A stretch of 53,128 bases of DNA, counting the filler, from Squatina squatina (taxonomy: Eukaryota): NCBI GenBank assembly GCA_031763465.1. It is 2 parts of 2 records of this genome, joined end to end, with 100 filler letters (N's around TTAATTAATTAA, not from the genome) between each part and the next. Parts side by side here need not be neighbours in the genome. Positions count along the whole stretch, not along the records: positions 29,780 to 53,128 come from JARFOE010000080.1; 1 more part is not named here. One strand, written 5' to 3'. Position 1 is the stretch's first letter. Every line of letters begins with the position of its first letter. The position numbers and the translations under genes were made by a program. Shown one piece after another: positions 35,201 through 48,087 of this stretch. The notes beneath the pieces were generated by a model. It had not been told where the DNA came from. It searched no databases and was given only the letters and a program-made list of their open reading frames with translations.

Positions 35201-35300
35201 NNNNNNNNNNNNNNNNNNNNNNNNNNNNNNNNNNNNNNNNNNNNNNNNNNNNNNNNNNNNNNNNNNNNNNNNNNNNNNNNNNNNNNNNNNNNNNNNNNNN

Positions 35301-35376
35301 ATATTGAATGGCGGTGCAGGCTCGAAGGGCCGAATGGCCTACTCCTGCACCTATTTTCTATGTTTCTATGTTTCTA
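35301..35376 (+). mobile_element. HER1/HE1-type CR1 3' tail with 8-bp terminal repeats
   Basis: gaatggcggtgcaggctcgaagggccgaatggcctactcctgc followed by (tttctatg)n. Confidence 0.85.
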
Positions 35377-35394
35377 TTTTACCATGCCTAAAAA

Positions 35395-35596
35395 ATTTGA
35401 AGAGATCCCCGGCGAAAGTTTTGCAAAAATATCGCAAAGCTCAGCGATGGGCTTCGTAGCCTCAGCATTGGATCTGTCCATCGCAAATGCCGGTTATGCA
35501 GGCTTACGATGTACAGCCCCAGAACCAGCTTTTGCGATGTCTCCCCGGGTGTGTGGGAATATCGTTCCCACACAGGGAGATCGCAATTTCAGGGTC
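35395..35596. mobile_element. CpG-rich MITE right end
   Basis: Hairpin tctccc...tgtgtgggaa tatcg ttcccacaca gggaga (about 35540-35580); terminus gcaatttcagggtc|att. Confidence 0.55.
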
Positions 35597-36439
35597 ATTG
35601 TATTGACTTTTACAGTACAGTTAAAAATATATATCATGTAATTTGGGCAGGATGCACAATCTACTTGTGTAATTCATCAACTAGTTAATTATTTTACTAA
35701 ACACTTTAAAAGTGGTCACTTGTATGTCAGCTTGTGCTCTTTCATGGCTTATTCTAAATTACCGAGCCATTTATTTTTGAGCCCATTTTATGTCTACAGC
35801 AGACATGACAAATATTCCTCTTCTGGTAATGTTAATTATGGGTCTTCTAAAGCAGTTTACACACTAAATTGCTGCCAAGAATTTGTTGCGTTAGCAATAT
35901 GGCAACCAAAAGCATCAGGTAAAATAATCAGACATGAACAGTTCCAAGTGAAATGTGACCATTAATCTTCTCAAAAGGGGTCATTAGCATAAAGTGAATA
36001 GTCTTCTGGCTAAATCAGTCAAAACCAATTCACTGGAGTTGCAATAAAATGATTCCTCTTAATAATGGATTACTTTGGTTTTATTTCTGTTTTGACAGAT
36101 GCCCTTTTATTGTAGACTGATTCCACGTTAACACTGACAAATGTATTATTGCCACATACTCTCTCATATCTGAATTATATTTGCTAGAATTAATACCCAG
36201 CAAGGCTAAAAGAATGATATACAACAGGACGGCAAGTTTATATTAGAATGTAAAACGTATAAGGTTGCTGTTTGCTCTGTAATGGATTTTGAAGTGCTAG
36301 CTCAACACCTGAAAGTATTTAATCAGCATTATTATTGTGTCAAAGTAACAATATGGAAATGTTTAAGAACATGAAAACTTAATAATGACAAGTTAACATA
36401 AAATGAGCTGGGAAAAAGTAAATAGCAGCAAGTAAATCC

Positions 36440-36750
36440 TGTCGCCACAACCAGCAGGGTTCTTCTTTAAATATGCAGATTGGGCACTGATTATACCATT
36501 GGGGCCCAACTACTATTTGTGCCTGAGTGCTGATGTGGTTGTGGCTCTCCTGCCACAGCAACCTAGTGAGAAGAAAAGCTGGGGTCAGAGGAGGCCCAAA
36601 CAGACACGCTTTTTTTAACTTTCCTTGCGGAGCCTAGAGGAGCAGTAGTACTTCTCCGGGCCGTGGGCCTCACAAGAAAAGTTTAACAAAAAGTTTAAAA
36701 ATTTACCTATTTGAGCCTCCTGAACCCCCCCCAACTAACCACTTACCCCA
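36440..36750. mobile_element. MITE internal remnant
   Basis: Hairpin ttccttgcggagcc...gaggagcagtagtacttctc...gcctcacaagaa; a related motif lies at about 26599-26700. Confidence 0.45.
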
Positions 36751-37468
36751 ACCATTGAGCAATAAGTAACCAAATATATCAAAACGTCAGATTAATGGAA
36801 TACTATGCCTTATTTTAATCGACTGCATCATTTTACATACTTTTTACATCTAATTCTCTTGAATTTAATTTAAAGTATTAAAGCAGAACAGCCCAATTCC
36901 AGTTCGCCCAACTCCCTCTATCCTATACCCAGGTAGGGTTAAATGGTAGATGTAACAGTGAGGCTAGCATGCATGTACCACATGCTCAGATAAGGTTGCT
37001 AAGGCTTATGGATTGTTTTGGAGTCTACAGGAATTAAAGAGCCGTGATCATTCCTTTGGTTACTGGCAGTGGCCTCCTGCGGCCCAATGTTGCACTCCTG
37101 TCCACTGGCCAGTTACCTCATCTAATTGGTTTTGTCCGGGGCCATGAATATGAGGCCTGGGAATGAAATTCTTCTTGGTCAGGACAGTTTGCCACCCACC
37201 TCAGCCCCTGCCTGCCCGAATCCCGAGTTAAAATCGGCATTGAGGAAGATATCATTTCAAAAGCTTAGAACTCCAAATTGGAAAACTATAGGACTTAATC
37301 TAATGAAATAGTGACAAGATATGAAAAGAGTCACAATATGCATTATAACTGTACAACAGAAAAGAAAACCTGCAAATGCTGGAAATCTGACACTTTAATA
37401 ATTTTGGATTCTCGTACCCTGTTATCTCCTTATCACCATGGAAGTGCAATCCTTTCACACCTCACTCT

Positions 37469-37627
37469 GGCCACGATTTCACCACGGGGGGCGGCTTGTG
37501 TGCGGGCCGCATAGGTGGCACGTCTAGATCATACTCCCAGCTCCAGCCCGCCCTGTCCCAGCAGTCTTCTCTTGATTGGTCTTGTGAAGCCCGTTGTGTG
37601 GGCTTCCCCTCCAGTTAACTGGAAGTC
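37469..37627. mobile_element. GC-rich MITE left end
   Basis: tct|ggccacgatttc terminus and GC-rich body running into a gap. Confidence 0.45.
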
Positions 37628-39192
37628 NNNNNNNNNNNNNNNNNNNNNNNNNNNNNNNNNNNNNNNNNNNNNNNNNNNNNNNNNNNNNNNNNNNNNNNNN
37701 NNNNNNNNNNNNNNNNNNNNNNNNNNNCTGGCACAGAGATGATGGGCCAAATGACATATGGTTAAATGGTTCCTTTAACAGTGGCAAATAGTTGCATTTC
37801 TGCGCCCCACAAGTTTGCACTTATTTGCTCAGGACTCTGATTTCAAGGACAGAGTTGCACCTCATTGCCAGTTTGTCACATGGGTCCCTATGTGAGGTAT
37901 TGCTTCTAAACTTTAAATTAAGTTCTTCAAACAAGGATTCGTACCTGTTCACTAACTAATCTGACCATATTATTTGAATAAATCATTTAGCAACAAAAGA
38001 CATATGGGGCTAAATGATTAAAAATAGATAAAGAGAAGGGCAGCAGTACCTTTTTCTCAAATAACTTATCTCTAAAGGCACATTAACGTCTGAAAATATA
38101 TCCTGCTAAGATTAAACAATCAGAAACTGTGAAATTTCATCCATCAGGAACTGGTCCCATGGTAACCACACAGAACTCTTTTGAGATGATAGTGCAGCAG
38201 TAGAGGGTCTTGATAGACATATTTAACGTACAGACATGCATAATCAGTGACCTGATGGCTCCATTGTTTCCGCTGCTTCAAATTTATTTTTATTTAACAA
38301 AAAATAGCTAAAATATTCATTGAAAAATCCTACACTGTAGCAAGCACAGCATTGTTGCTTCCAACCTGATCAGTCGGTAATGCAGTTTTTCAAAGAAGGC
38401 TGATTGTCGCTGTTTCAAGAACTGAGTGCCTGAAAAGGCACTAATATAATGACACTGTCTGCTTAATTTTGTAAAAATCAATGATTCCTGAAGTGTGAAC
38501 TTACATCTGTTGTGCATACGNNNNNNNNNNNNNNNNNNNNNNNNNNNNNNNNNNNNNNNNNNNNNNNNNNNNNNNNNNNNNNNNNNNNNNNNNNNNNNNN
38601 NNNNNNNNNNNNNNNNNNNNCAAAGAGTGTTTTATGATCCGAGTCATAATGTATGCAGTTTTAAAGTTTTTCACTTTATTGTTATCAAAGACCAATTATT
38701 ACCTTAAATGTTAAACATTACATTCCTCCCTACTGGGACACACAATGATATCTGGATTAATTGTATGCAGAAATAACATTAAAGATAGACAGTGCTCCAA
38801 GCAACTGAATACCAATAGGTGGGATGCTAACTTCATAGTCCCTTGTGCAGGAGCCTGGGAGTTCCAGAACAGGGCAGCCAAGCATCTGGGTCCTATTCTG
38901 AGCCAAGGACAAAGTAACCAGCATCACCTTGCAAAAGGTTACCCGCCACCCTACCAACAGATTGATGGACTGAAAGGTTCCACATTCTCAAGAGTGCCAT
39001 AAATTTGGTCAGTCTCATTAAAACTGTTGTCACGGCAACAGCCAACTGCACAAAAATGGGCCATAATTTGCTAATTGTAACTAATTTGACAGCTCACACA
39101 TCTCATTTATCTCTGAACTCTGGAGGGCTCCCCCAGTGGTTCAGCTGCAAGGTTATTCAGTAAGCAGCGACGCCATGCACACAGTATGGATG

Positions 39193-39327
39193 AAAAGAAA
39201 AAAAAGAAAAGAAAGAAAAAGAAAAGAAAAGAAAGAAAGAAAAGGAAAGAAAGAAAGGGAAAAAAAAGGAAGAATAAAAGAAAGGGAGAATGAGAGCAAG
39301 AAAGGAAGAGAAAAAGGAGCGAGAGAT
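39193..39327 (+). repeat. Purine-rich (GAAA/GGAAA) low-complexity tract
   Basis: Directly visible; it produces the spurious K/R/E-rich ORF 39136-39483. Confidence 0.9.
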
Positions 39328-39427
39328 NNNNNNNNNNNNNNNNNNNNNNNNNNNNNNNNNNNNNNNNNNNNNNNNNNNNNNNNNNNNNNNNNNNNNNNNN
39401 NNNNNNNNNNNNNNNNNNNNNNNNNNN

Positions 39428-39525
39428 CTGTAATCTTCCCCCTTCAAGGCTTTATCCAATTCCATTTTGAAAGTTACGATTGAATCGGTTTCCTCCACCC
39501 TTACAGGCAGTGCATTCCAGATCAT
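39428..39525 (-). mobile_element. CR1 LINE 3' end fragment
   Basis: IWNALPVRVEETDSIVTFKMELDKALKG. Confidence 0.78.
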
Positions 39526-42196
39526 GAAAACATATGTACTGAAAATTAAAAGTGTGTATATATTTAGGCACATTAGACTTAGATTCTTCTTCATTTTAAT
39601 CCACTTGTAGTAGTCCTATTAAACAACCTCCAGCATTTAACTAGTATCTGAAGATAAAATATCACAATACTCGGTCTTGGGACAATCAAACCAAACAACA
39701 AAGACCTGTCAGCCTTCATTTCACTTATCGCAGAAGCCAATTACACAATAATCTGTTGCGGTTAAAGGCAAACCTTATTTGTCCTCTGCTATAATAGAGG
39801 TACCGTCAATTCATGATGTTAGAGAAAGCTGAGATTAATAGCAGCAATGTGTTAGGTGATAGACAGGGAATGAATGAACTTCTTACGGTCAACACATAAT
39901 CAGGAAAGTAGAGTTACTCTTTAAATTTGGTCAATAATATTTTTGAAATACTTTTTGTTCTGAAATCAATCCAGAGATAACTTGAGAAGAGAATAGGCAG
40001 ATTGTTGACATGGCACCAATCAATAACCATTAATCTAAAAGCAACAGATATTTCAGCATGAGACATATGGTAGTTTTATATAGAACAATTACCATTTGCA
40101 ATTAATTGACAGATCACATTGCAAGTGAATTGGGGAGAAGAATAACCTCAGGCACCTAATAACAGCTCGGCTGTTAGCCAGGACATTCATCGATAACTGT
40201 GTGGGTATTATGTCAAAGACAGTGCCAACATAGCATAATTGATGACATTTTATATTATGCAAACCCAATAATGGTATGAAGAGGAAAAATACTTTGCAAG
40301 AAATTCATTTAAAATGTCACCAACCAAACACAGCCATCAGTACCTGCTTGTAGCATAGTTTGATGAAACATTTCTCTGGGACATGTTATTTTTGAACCTG
40401 CTAACAAAAATTAATCTGCAATAGAAATTAATTGTATTTTGAGGATTCAATGTTGGGTATCCTTTATTCTTGGCACACTTAAACTTTCGAACATAATTTA
40501 TTAAATTACACTAATATTCTCTAAAAGATTTTGGGCCTGAAAACCCTTGGCCTTTCCAGGCCAGAACCCAGTTACATTAGATGCTGCCCATTCCTTGGCT
40601 GTTTCAGCAGGGCCTTCTCAGGGGGGAGCTTTAGCACACTCTAAACAAGGTCAGCAGTATAGGAATAGGAAGGGGCATGGCTAGGGGCAGGGATGAGTTT
40701 CTGCATCCTCAGCCTGGCAGAGTACCAGCAGGCTGGTATGCTGAATGGAAGCCTGTCCGATGGCAGAATGCGGCCACCTTGGAGGATCCATGCTGGGGAT
40801 GTACGGAAGATCGGANNNNNNNNNNNNNNNNNNNNNNNNNNNNNNNNNNNNNNNNNNNNNNNNNNNNNNNNNNNNNNNNNNNNNNNNNNNNNNNNNNNNN
40901 NNNNNNNNNNNNNNNTCATAAAAACCTTTTCATGAAGGTTGCAGTCTTTAATTATCACTCAGTTCCGTACCAGAACTGGCATTGTCACTACATTCAGAAT
41001 TTCTTAAGCCAGGTTCTGATATCAGGCAGCAAATTGCATTGCACATGTTAAGTTTAGAAATACTCAGCATCTGTCACAGGATGTCATACCATGTTAAATT
41101 GCTGCCCTACCTTCAATACATCTCAGGCAATTTCTCTTTAACATTGTCCTTTCAAATATTTTCCTACACCTGCATAAAATAAGATCTTGTTTAAAAAGAT
41201 AAATCTCTACTGATTATGAATTTGACATTTAATCAGTAATGACAAATGTTGTCCAGCCATGAATAAGATATTACTTGCATTTCATGTTGTATTATGAAAG
41301 CTCAGCTCCTCATTCATGCAAAAACAATTTTTCTCCAACAAGGTACATCTAGAATTAGTCACACAAAGATATGACTTCAATATATGGCTTTAGTACTTGG
41401 AATCCTTGAAAGCTTGGTACAGGCTTGGGTCCNNNNNNNNNNNNNNNNNNNNNNNNNNNNNNNNNNNNNNNNNNNNNNNNNNNNNNNNNNNNNNNNNNNN
41501 NNNNNNNNNNNNNNNNNNNNNNNNNNNNNNNNATCAGAGATGGGGTGGGGTAACTGGGATTTTGTTAACAATGGTAGTGTCTTCTGGAAGCGGGTTGGGG
41601 CAGGACTTATACTTTCCAGTCAAGCTTGCTCCATATTCCTCTGAGCAACATTCCAGGACTGCCAGGAAATGGGTGCATTCCCAGTGGAAAATCCAGCCCC
41701 AAAGCTCCCGACTATAGAGATTTGCCTTCATCACTGTTCATCATTATATAAACCAAAATGGAAATTTGCCCCAACAGTTGGCTAACAACAGAAAAATAGG
41801 TATCCAATTAAAATATGCTCATCTACACTTGTGCTTAAAATGTTAAAGCTAACAAAAGTCTTCTCTCCAAATGGCTCCCCCACTCAGAAAATATAAATGT
41901 TTGGTTGGGCTATAAGAAATTAATTGGTTTCCCTTTGTGGAATCTGGATTATTGAATTGCTGACATCAGTGACTCTGTTCAATGTGCACAGTTAAGAGAT
42001 AAATTGTACCACTTTAATGAAAAATGTAATGATTTGAGTTTCAAGGCTGCCATGGCTGCCTAGAGGCCATCAAAATGACTTTCAGGCTGTCACTCATTTT
42101 TTTCCTATTATTATGTGCTTTTTACTTTAACCTTGCTGCTGTTCTAAGGCTTGGAATCTAACCATAAGCAGTGTGACCTCTGGTTGAAATACAGTC

Positions 42197-42986
42197 ACAC
42201 TATCAAGGTTGACCCAACACTGGCACAGTTCGTATTCCAATGTATCATGTCACAGAGTAGTAAAATATACCTTTATACCAATACAAAATGTATTAGAAAT
42301 CATTAAGTGAGTCCCAAGATATTTAAGGTCCATTAGGGCAACAATTAGTTTCATGAGAGGACATTATACAAATCAGATAATGCAATGATGCTACATTTGC
42401 TAAAAACAGCAACAGTAAGTGTGACTATTTCTGTTCCAAATGCTGTGTGCAATGATTTGTAATATATACCAGATGTAGAGCTTTACAGTACTGAACAGAA
42501 GATTATTTCCTGATAAATCTATAGCAATGATGTGACAATTGTTATCCTACTTGTATGAATATAATCACATATGAGGGATATGGAGCCCATTGATATTAAC
42601 TATGTTCACTAGCTGCTGCTGGCTGAAAAAATTATCAAGATAAAATCAAATATCCCATAAAACTGAAACAATTTGTTAAAAGAACATATCAAAAAAACAG
42701 CATAACTGCCATTAATTTCAAGGCTGGTGTTCAATTAGTTGCTGGATTTTAATTAGTCTAAGGTATACATTATTCTGTATATTTATTTTATTGTCACAAA
42801 TTGACATTACTACTTCTGTATGTAGTGTGATTCTCAACACTCTTAACACTATTAAGGTTGACCCAACACTGGTACAATTTGTATTCCAATGTATCATGTC
42901 ACAGATTAGTAAAATATATCTTTATATCAATACAAAATATATTAGAAATCATTAAGCGAGCCCCAATATATTTAAAGTTCATTAGG
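42197..42986 (+). repeat. 141-bp direct repeat pair (42197-42337 and 42846-42986)
   Basis: Ungapped alignment, offset 649, 13 mismatches counted by eye (about 91% identity). Confidence 0.92.
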
Positions 42987-43224
42987 TTAACACAAAACTG
43001 ATCACCTAATGTCTCAGCTATCTGAGATGATAAAGAGGCATCAGGAGGAAACATATTAAGAGAAAAAGAACCTCTGATGCTGCTAACAAAGTTATCAGCT
43101 ACTACAAAATATTTCCTTATTGGCAAACAAACAAAACATAATTTTGTGACCAGTATGAGATTAGATAAAAAAAGGTGCTAATTTTCTGAACAGTATTGGA
43201 TTGTACTGAAAAGTTCTGAATTTC

Positions 43225-43719
43225 ACCCAGTGACAACAAAGGAACAGCGATATATTTCCAAGTCAGGATGGTGTGTGACTTGGAGGGGAACATGCAGGTG
43301 GCGGTGTTTCCATGCATCTGCTGCCCTGGTCCTTCTAGATGGTAGAGGTCACAGGTTTCGGAGGTGCTGTTGAAGAAGCCTTGGCGAGTTGCTGTAGTGC
43401 ATCTAGTAGATGGTACACACTGCAGCCATGGTGCATCGGTGGTGGAGGGAGTNNNNNNNNNNGGTGCCAATCAAGTGGGCTGCTTTGTCCTGGATGATGT
43501 CGAGCTTCTTGAGTATTGTTGGAACTGCTCTCATCCAGGCAAATGGAGAGTATTCCATCACACTCCTGACTTGTGCCTTGTAGATGGTGGAAAGGAATTC
43601 AGAAGTCAGGAGGTGAGACACTCGCCACAGAACACCCAGCCTCTGACCTGCTCTTGTAGCCACAGTATTGATGTGACTGGTCCAATTAAGTTTCTGGTCA
43701 ATGGTGACCCCCAAGATGG
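43225..43719 (-). mobile_element. CR1-group (Zenon-like) LINE ORF2 C-terminal fragment
   Basis: GVTIDQKLNWTSHINTVATRAGQRLGVL.RVSHLL...IYKAQVRSVMEYSP.AW...LDIIQDKAA...SLHHR; clade name inferred. Confidence 0.8.
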
Positions 43720-45419
43720 NNNNNNNNNNNNNNNNNNNNNNNNNNNNNNNNNNNNNNNNNNNNNNNNNNNNNNNNNNNNNNNNNNNNNNNNNNNNNNNNN
43801 NNNNNNNNNNNNNNNNNNNTAATAATTTCTTGTCAACTGTAATTGTTTTTTTATCTTTTCAGCAATATACTGGTAACTTAAATATTTGTTTTTCTTTCTC
43901 CAGGAACTGCATTTGAATTGTACACAGATCAAAACCATGTGCAGTCATTTCTTTAATTGAAACTTAACCTTTACAGAACAGTCTTCAAAGCAAGAACCAC
44001 TTACTGCTGAGTTCAACAAACTGCGTTTTTAAAAATTGCCTGTCTGTTTGTAAATTTTTAAACAACTACCCCAGGGGCCTGAGTCTGAAATGCATCTGCA
44101 ATCATTTTCCATCATAATTATTCACTGCAGTTGTTAACCATGGTCTTTTTGACTGTGACCTTGCTTGAAAAACTGTTCTTTAATATTCTAGTCTCAATGT
44201 AACAACTTTCCTGTTGGAGCGAAGAGGTTTAATCATTGGTGATGAGAAAATCAAAAACAACATTTTAATCTAATCATCTCATCATAAAAATATTTTATAT
44301 TTATCTAGTTTAACACATTGCAAAATTTTAGTGCAAATCAACCTGATGTTAATTATGGTTGAATTCTGACAATTACATTGCAAAGATGTATCAGAAATGT
44401 TAGGACTGAAATTCTTATGAAAAGTTATGATACAGTGGAATTCTATGCTTGGATTAGTTATTCGTTTACTCATTACGCTGCTATTTCTGGGATGTCTTTA
44501 CAGAATCACACAAAGAGCTATGAATCCCACTTAGTGGATATGGAGACTGAGAAAGCTGCAAACTCTCCTTTGCAGAGCACTTAATTCTGCGATGTGGAAT
44601 GACTGTGCGATCAATCAGGCTATCAGTATACTTAATTTACATTAAGGGATGAATTCATTTTCAGAATATAATTTTCTTTGCAATTCACTGCGGGATAAAT
44701 TCCTACAGTGATCACATCACAATTGTAACCTTTCAGTGAAGGATATTATCATGCACNNNNNNNNNNNNNNNNNNNNNNNNNNNNNNNNNNNNNNNNNNNN
44801 NNNNNNNNNNNNNNNNNNNNNNNNNNNNNNNNNNNNNNNNNNNNNNNNNNNNNNNNCCAACAAAGTGTAACTGCTTGTCCTTGGTGGCTCTGAGCACTTT
44901 TAATCTCATGACTATTGATTGTCACCCATAGAAGTAACCAAAGTTCCTGGTACTTTTAATGAGGTAACTACATACTTAAGCACAGAACCAATTCACAAGA
45001 CAGCAAGTAAGCCAGACAAAAAACAAGGCTACAACATCAAGTACTTCCCTCTTACTGAAGACTAATCACAATCTTCCAGGAGAAACAAGACTCAAAGTGC
45101 AGAAGCCGCTGAACAATTAGCCAGCCAGGCGCTGTGACTAATCTTGAAAGGGATTGATTATAGAGGTGCCACAATGGCACCTTTCAAATAACAAGGAAAA
45201 TGGACAGTAATCCGCACCTCAATCCATAAGAACATGTACCGCAAGTCAAACATTTAAGGGCACACAGATGAACAATAAGTCACTTATTATAAAAGGATCC
45301 TCATCACATCTACCAGCCAAACTGCTATAATTTGTTGTTGGAGATCTGGGTAAAGACAGAAGAACCCCTCCAGGTTTAACTCAGTTACTGTTAAACTTCA
45401 GGCTTTTCCTTAATAACTT

Positions 45420-45960
45420 ACCTTTAGATAACTTGCTTTCCTGGCCGGCCGCCCCCTTTGTACCTTCCATAAACTTGAGCTCATCCAAAACTCTGCCGCC
45501 CGTGTCCTAACTCGCACCAAGTCACATTCACCCGTCACACCGGTGCTCACTGACCTACATTGGCTCTCGGTCAAGCAACATCTCAATTTAAAAATTCTCA
45601 CCCTTGTTTTCAAATCACTCCATGGCCTCGCCCCTCCCTACCTCTATAACCTTCTCCAGCACTGCAGCCTCATCCTCCCAAATTCTGATTATCTGCCTGT
45701 GACCTCTTGTGCCTACACCCTTCACTTTAGCCCAGCTTTGGTGGCTGTGCCTTCAGTCACCTCGGCCCCATGCTCTGAAATTCCCTCCCTAAATCCCTCC
45801 ATCTCTCTCATTCCTCCTTTAAAAACCTTCTTGAAACCCACCTTTTTGACCAAGCTTTTGCTAACCCATCCTAATATCTCCTTTGGTTCAGCATTCATTT
45901 TTTCCTTGTGCCTCGCTGAAGCACTTTAGGAGTTTTGTTCTATGTTAAAGGCACAATATA
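45420..45960 (+). mobile_element. L2-clade LINE 3' end
   Basis: LELIQNSAARVLTRTKSHSPVTPVLTDLHWL.VKQHLNLKILTLVFKSLHGLAPPYL; tail gaagcactttaggag...ttaaaggcacaatata. Confidence 0.85.
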
Positions 45961-48087
45961 TTAGTTCTGATGAAAGAATTAGAGCTCAGTGACAACAAAT
46001 GTTTTGCAGTATTTTGAAGGATAACAAAGGATATAACCTAGCTCTTTCATATAACAGCAAACTATGAGCATTTCAGAAAGTACTTTTGTATGTAAAGTGT
46101 AATAAATGTATTGATTTTTCAATTTTAATAACCTAGTTTCTGGTGTTACTATTTAGATTGGATCCTATTTCTAGATGGAAGTGAATAAACTATTTTTGAT
46201 TTTACATAATGGCTGCAGTAGTCAGATGGGATCACTTTACTACTTACAAATACAGTCAGCTGTCCTTCAAAAGTTAAGAGCTTTGCTTTGCACTTAATGA
46301 GGTAAAGAATGTTATCACTGTAATTAGTAGATTTACAGCTAGACAACATTAGCCACAAAGTAATTATGGCCTTATTGAATGTCCTTGTTACTCAGTTAGA
46401 TTAATATTTTGTTCTATCATTACTAAAGTTGACCTGTGAAATCGGACAAAAATCTTTATTTGTTTTCCTTGCCTAGAGTGTTAAATGTGAGAAGAGTATA
46501 TTATATTTCACTTCATCGCTTTTTCACAAATCTAGTAAAAGCTTGCCATCAGGATTCATTACCATCTCCATCAAAGATGTATTATCCGGGCTTAGTATCA
46601 CTTCATCCCTGAGGGTGAAGCTATTAATTAATGAAGAATTCACCAGAAGGGATGCACATTTTGAGTAGCTACTTCCTCTTATTGTATCCCATTGCACTAA
46701 ATCAATGAATGTCGATTAAACTGCCAATAATATCTCAGACAGATGCCTCTTCCAAACCCATGGCAAATGTTGTTACTGCTTTAAAGGTACAATGTGTAAA
46801 AATGCTTTCAGGATAAAGCAAATGTGCATTGTCTTTATGCAATTAGTATCTACCCACAGCCTCTCAAGCTAGTACCTGGGGGCCAATGATTCCAGATACC
46901 AGCAAGCTTTGTCCAGCCTCTTTCCACAACAAAATGGCAGATATACTTAGCCAGGTGTGAAAGATTAAAGGAGAGTGAACCATTAAGCTCAAAAGGATTT
47001 AAGCTCAGTACTGTTGTGTGCAGGCACTTACTCGCGGAAATGTGTGCACGTGAATATTACGAAATAACAGATCTTCTATGCTTACTGGTGNNNNNNNNNN
47101 NNNNNNNNNNNNNNNNNNNNNNNNNNNNNNNNNNNNNNNNNNNNNNNNNNNNNNNNNNNNNNNNNNNNNNNNNNNNNNNNNNNNNNNNNNTTGTCAGTTA
47201 GCTCCATTCAATTCATTTTTTGTTATTTTCCCTGTCCTTTCACAGTGGCTCACCGCTATTTAACCTGTCAACAACAGCAGCAGCCAGGAACCAGGTTGTG
47301 GCTTTGCTTTGGATCTTCTGATATTGACACTGGTTCATGGCTTAGTTGTAAAGCAGTGAACAATGCAGTGTAAAGCTATTGGAATGTGATTTTTCTGTAA
47401 AAGGGAGAAAGGAGTGACCTACTAAGGGTGAAAAGTAACTTTCCACCTCATGGTTCATCATAGAGCTTACAAAAATTGTCATCAATTCTATTCTTGCAAT
47501 TTGAATATCAACATTCCCTATGGCTTCAACCTCTTAGAACTACAAAGCGAGTCTTTGAATTATTTCACTAGCCTATATATCTCTATCCATGACACTAATC
47601 TCCCATAAAATAATCTAATAAATGTGAATGTTGTGTGCTGTCTGGTGCAAGGAAAATTTAACAGTCGCTTAACCCACTCATGATTTATGACAACTGATAG
47701 CATTTCTTTGATTTCCGAAAATAAATCCTGACTTAAAACATTTATTTCATCAGCACAATGTGTGGCCAAGCTCCTGAATGTGACAGTGTTGATAAAATGT
47801 GTGCGTGTGAGTAAGTCTTGGATGTTGCCATTACATTACATCATATTTCAACATTTGGAGGTACAGACAGGGTTCAGGTGAATTTATTTATGGCGCTTTA
47901 GCAGTGAGGCAATAAAAAAAGGTTAAATCTAGCAAGAGCAATGATAGTAATAAAATAGATATAATAAAATAAAATAAAATAGATTATGGATATTACTGTG
48001 AACTGAAATTCATGGCCAGTCATGCTAAAGTTGTATAGATTTATCTGTCTACGTAGCTGGACATTAATGTTCTGCAAAACAAACATT

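Noticed and set aside
39136-39594. Lys/Arg/Glu-rich and Phe/Ser-rich ORFs
   Set aside because: Translations of a purine tract, an N gap and a CR1 remnant.
41533-41600. WDFVNNGSVFW as a CR1 ORF1 esterase fragment
   Set aside because: Too short and divergent; the region ends in a MITE-like terminus instead.
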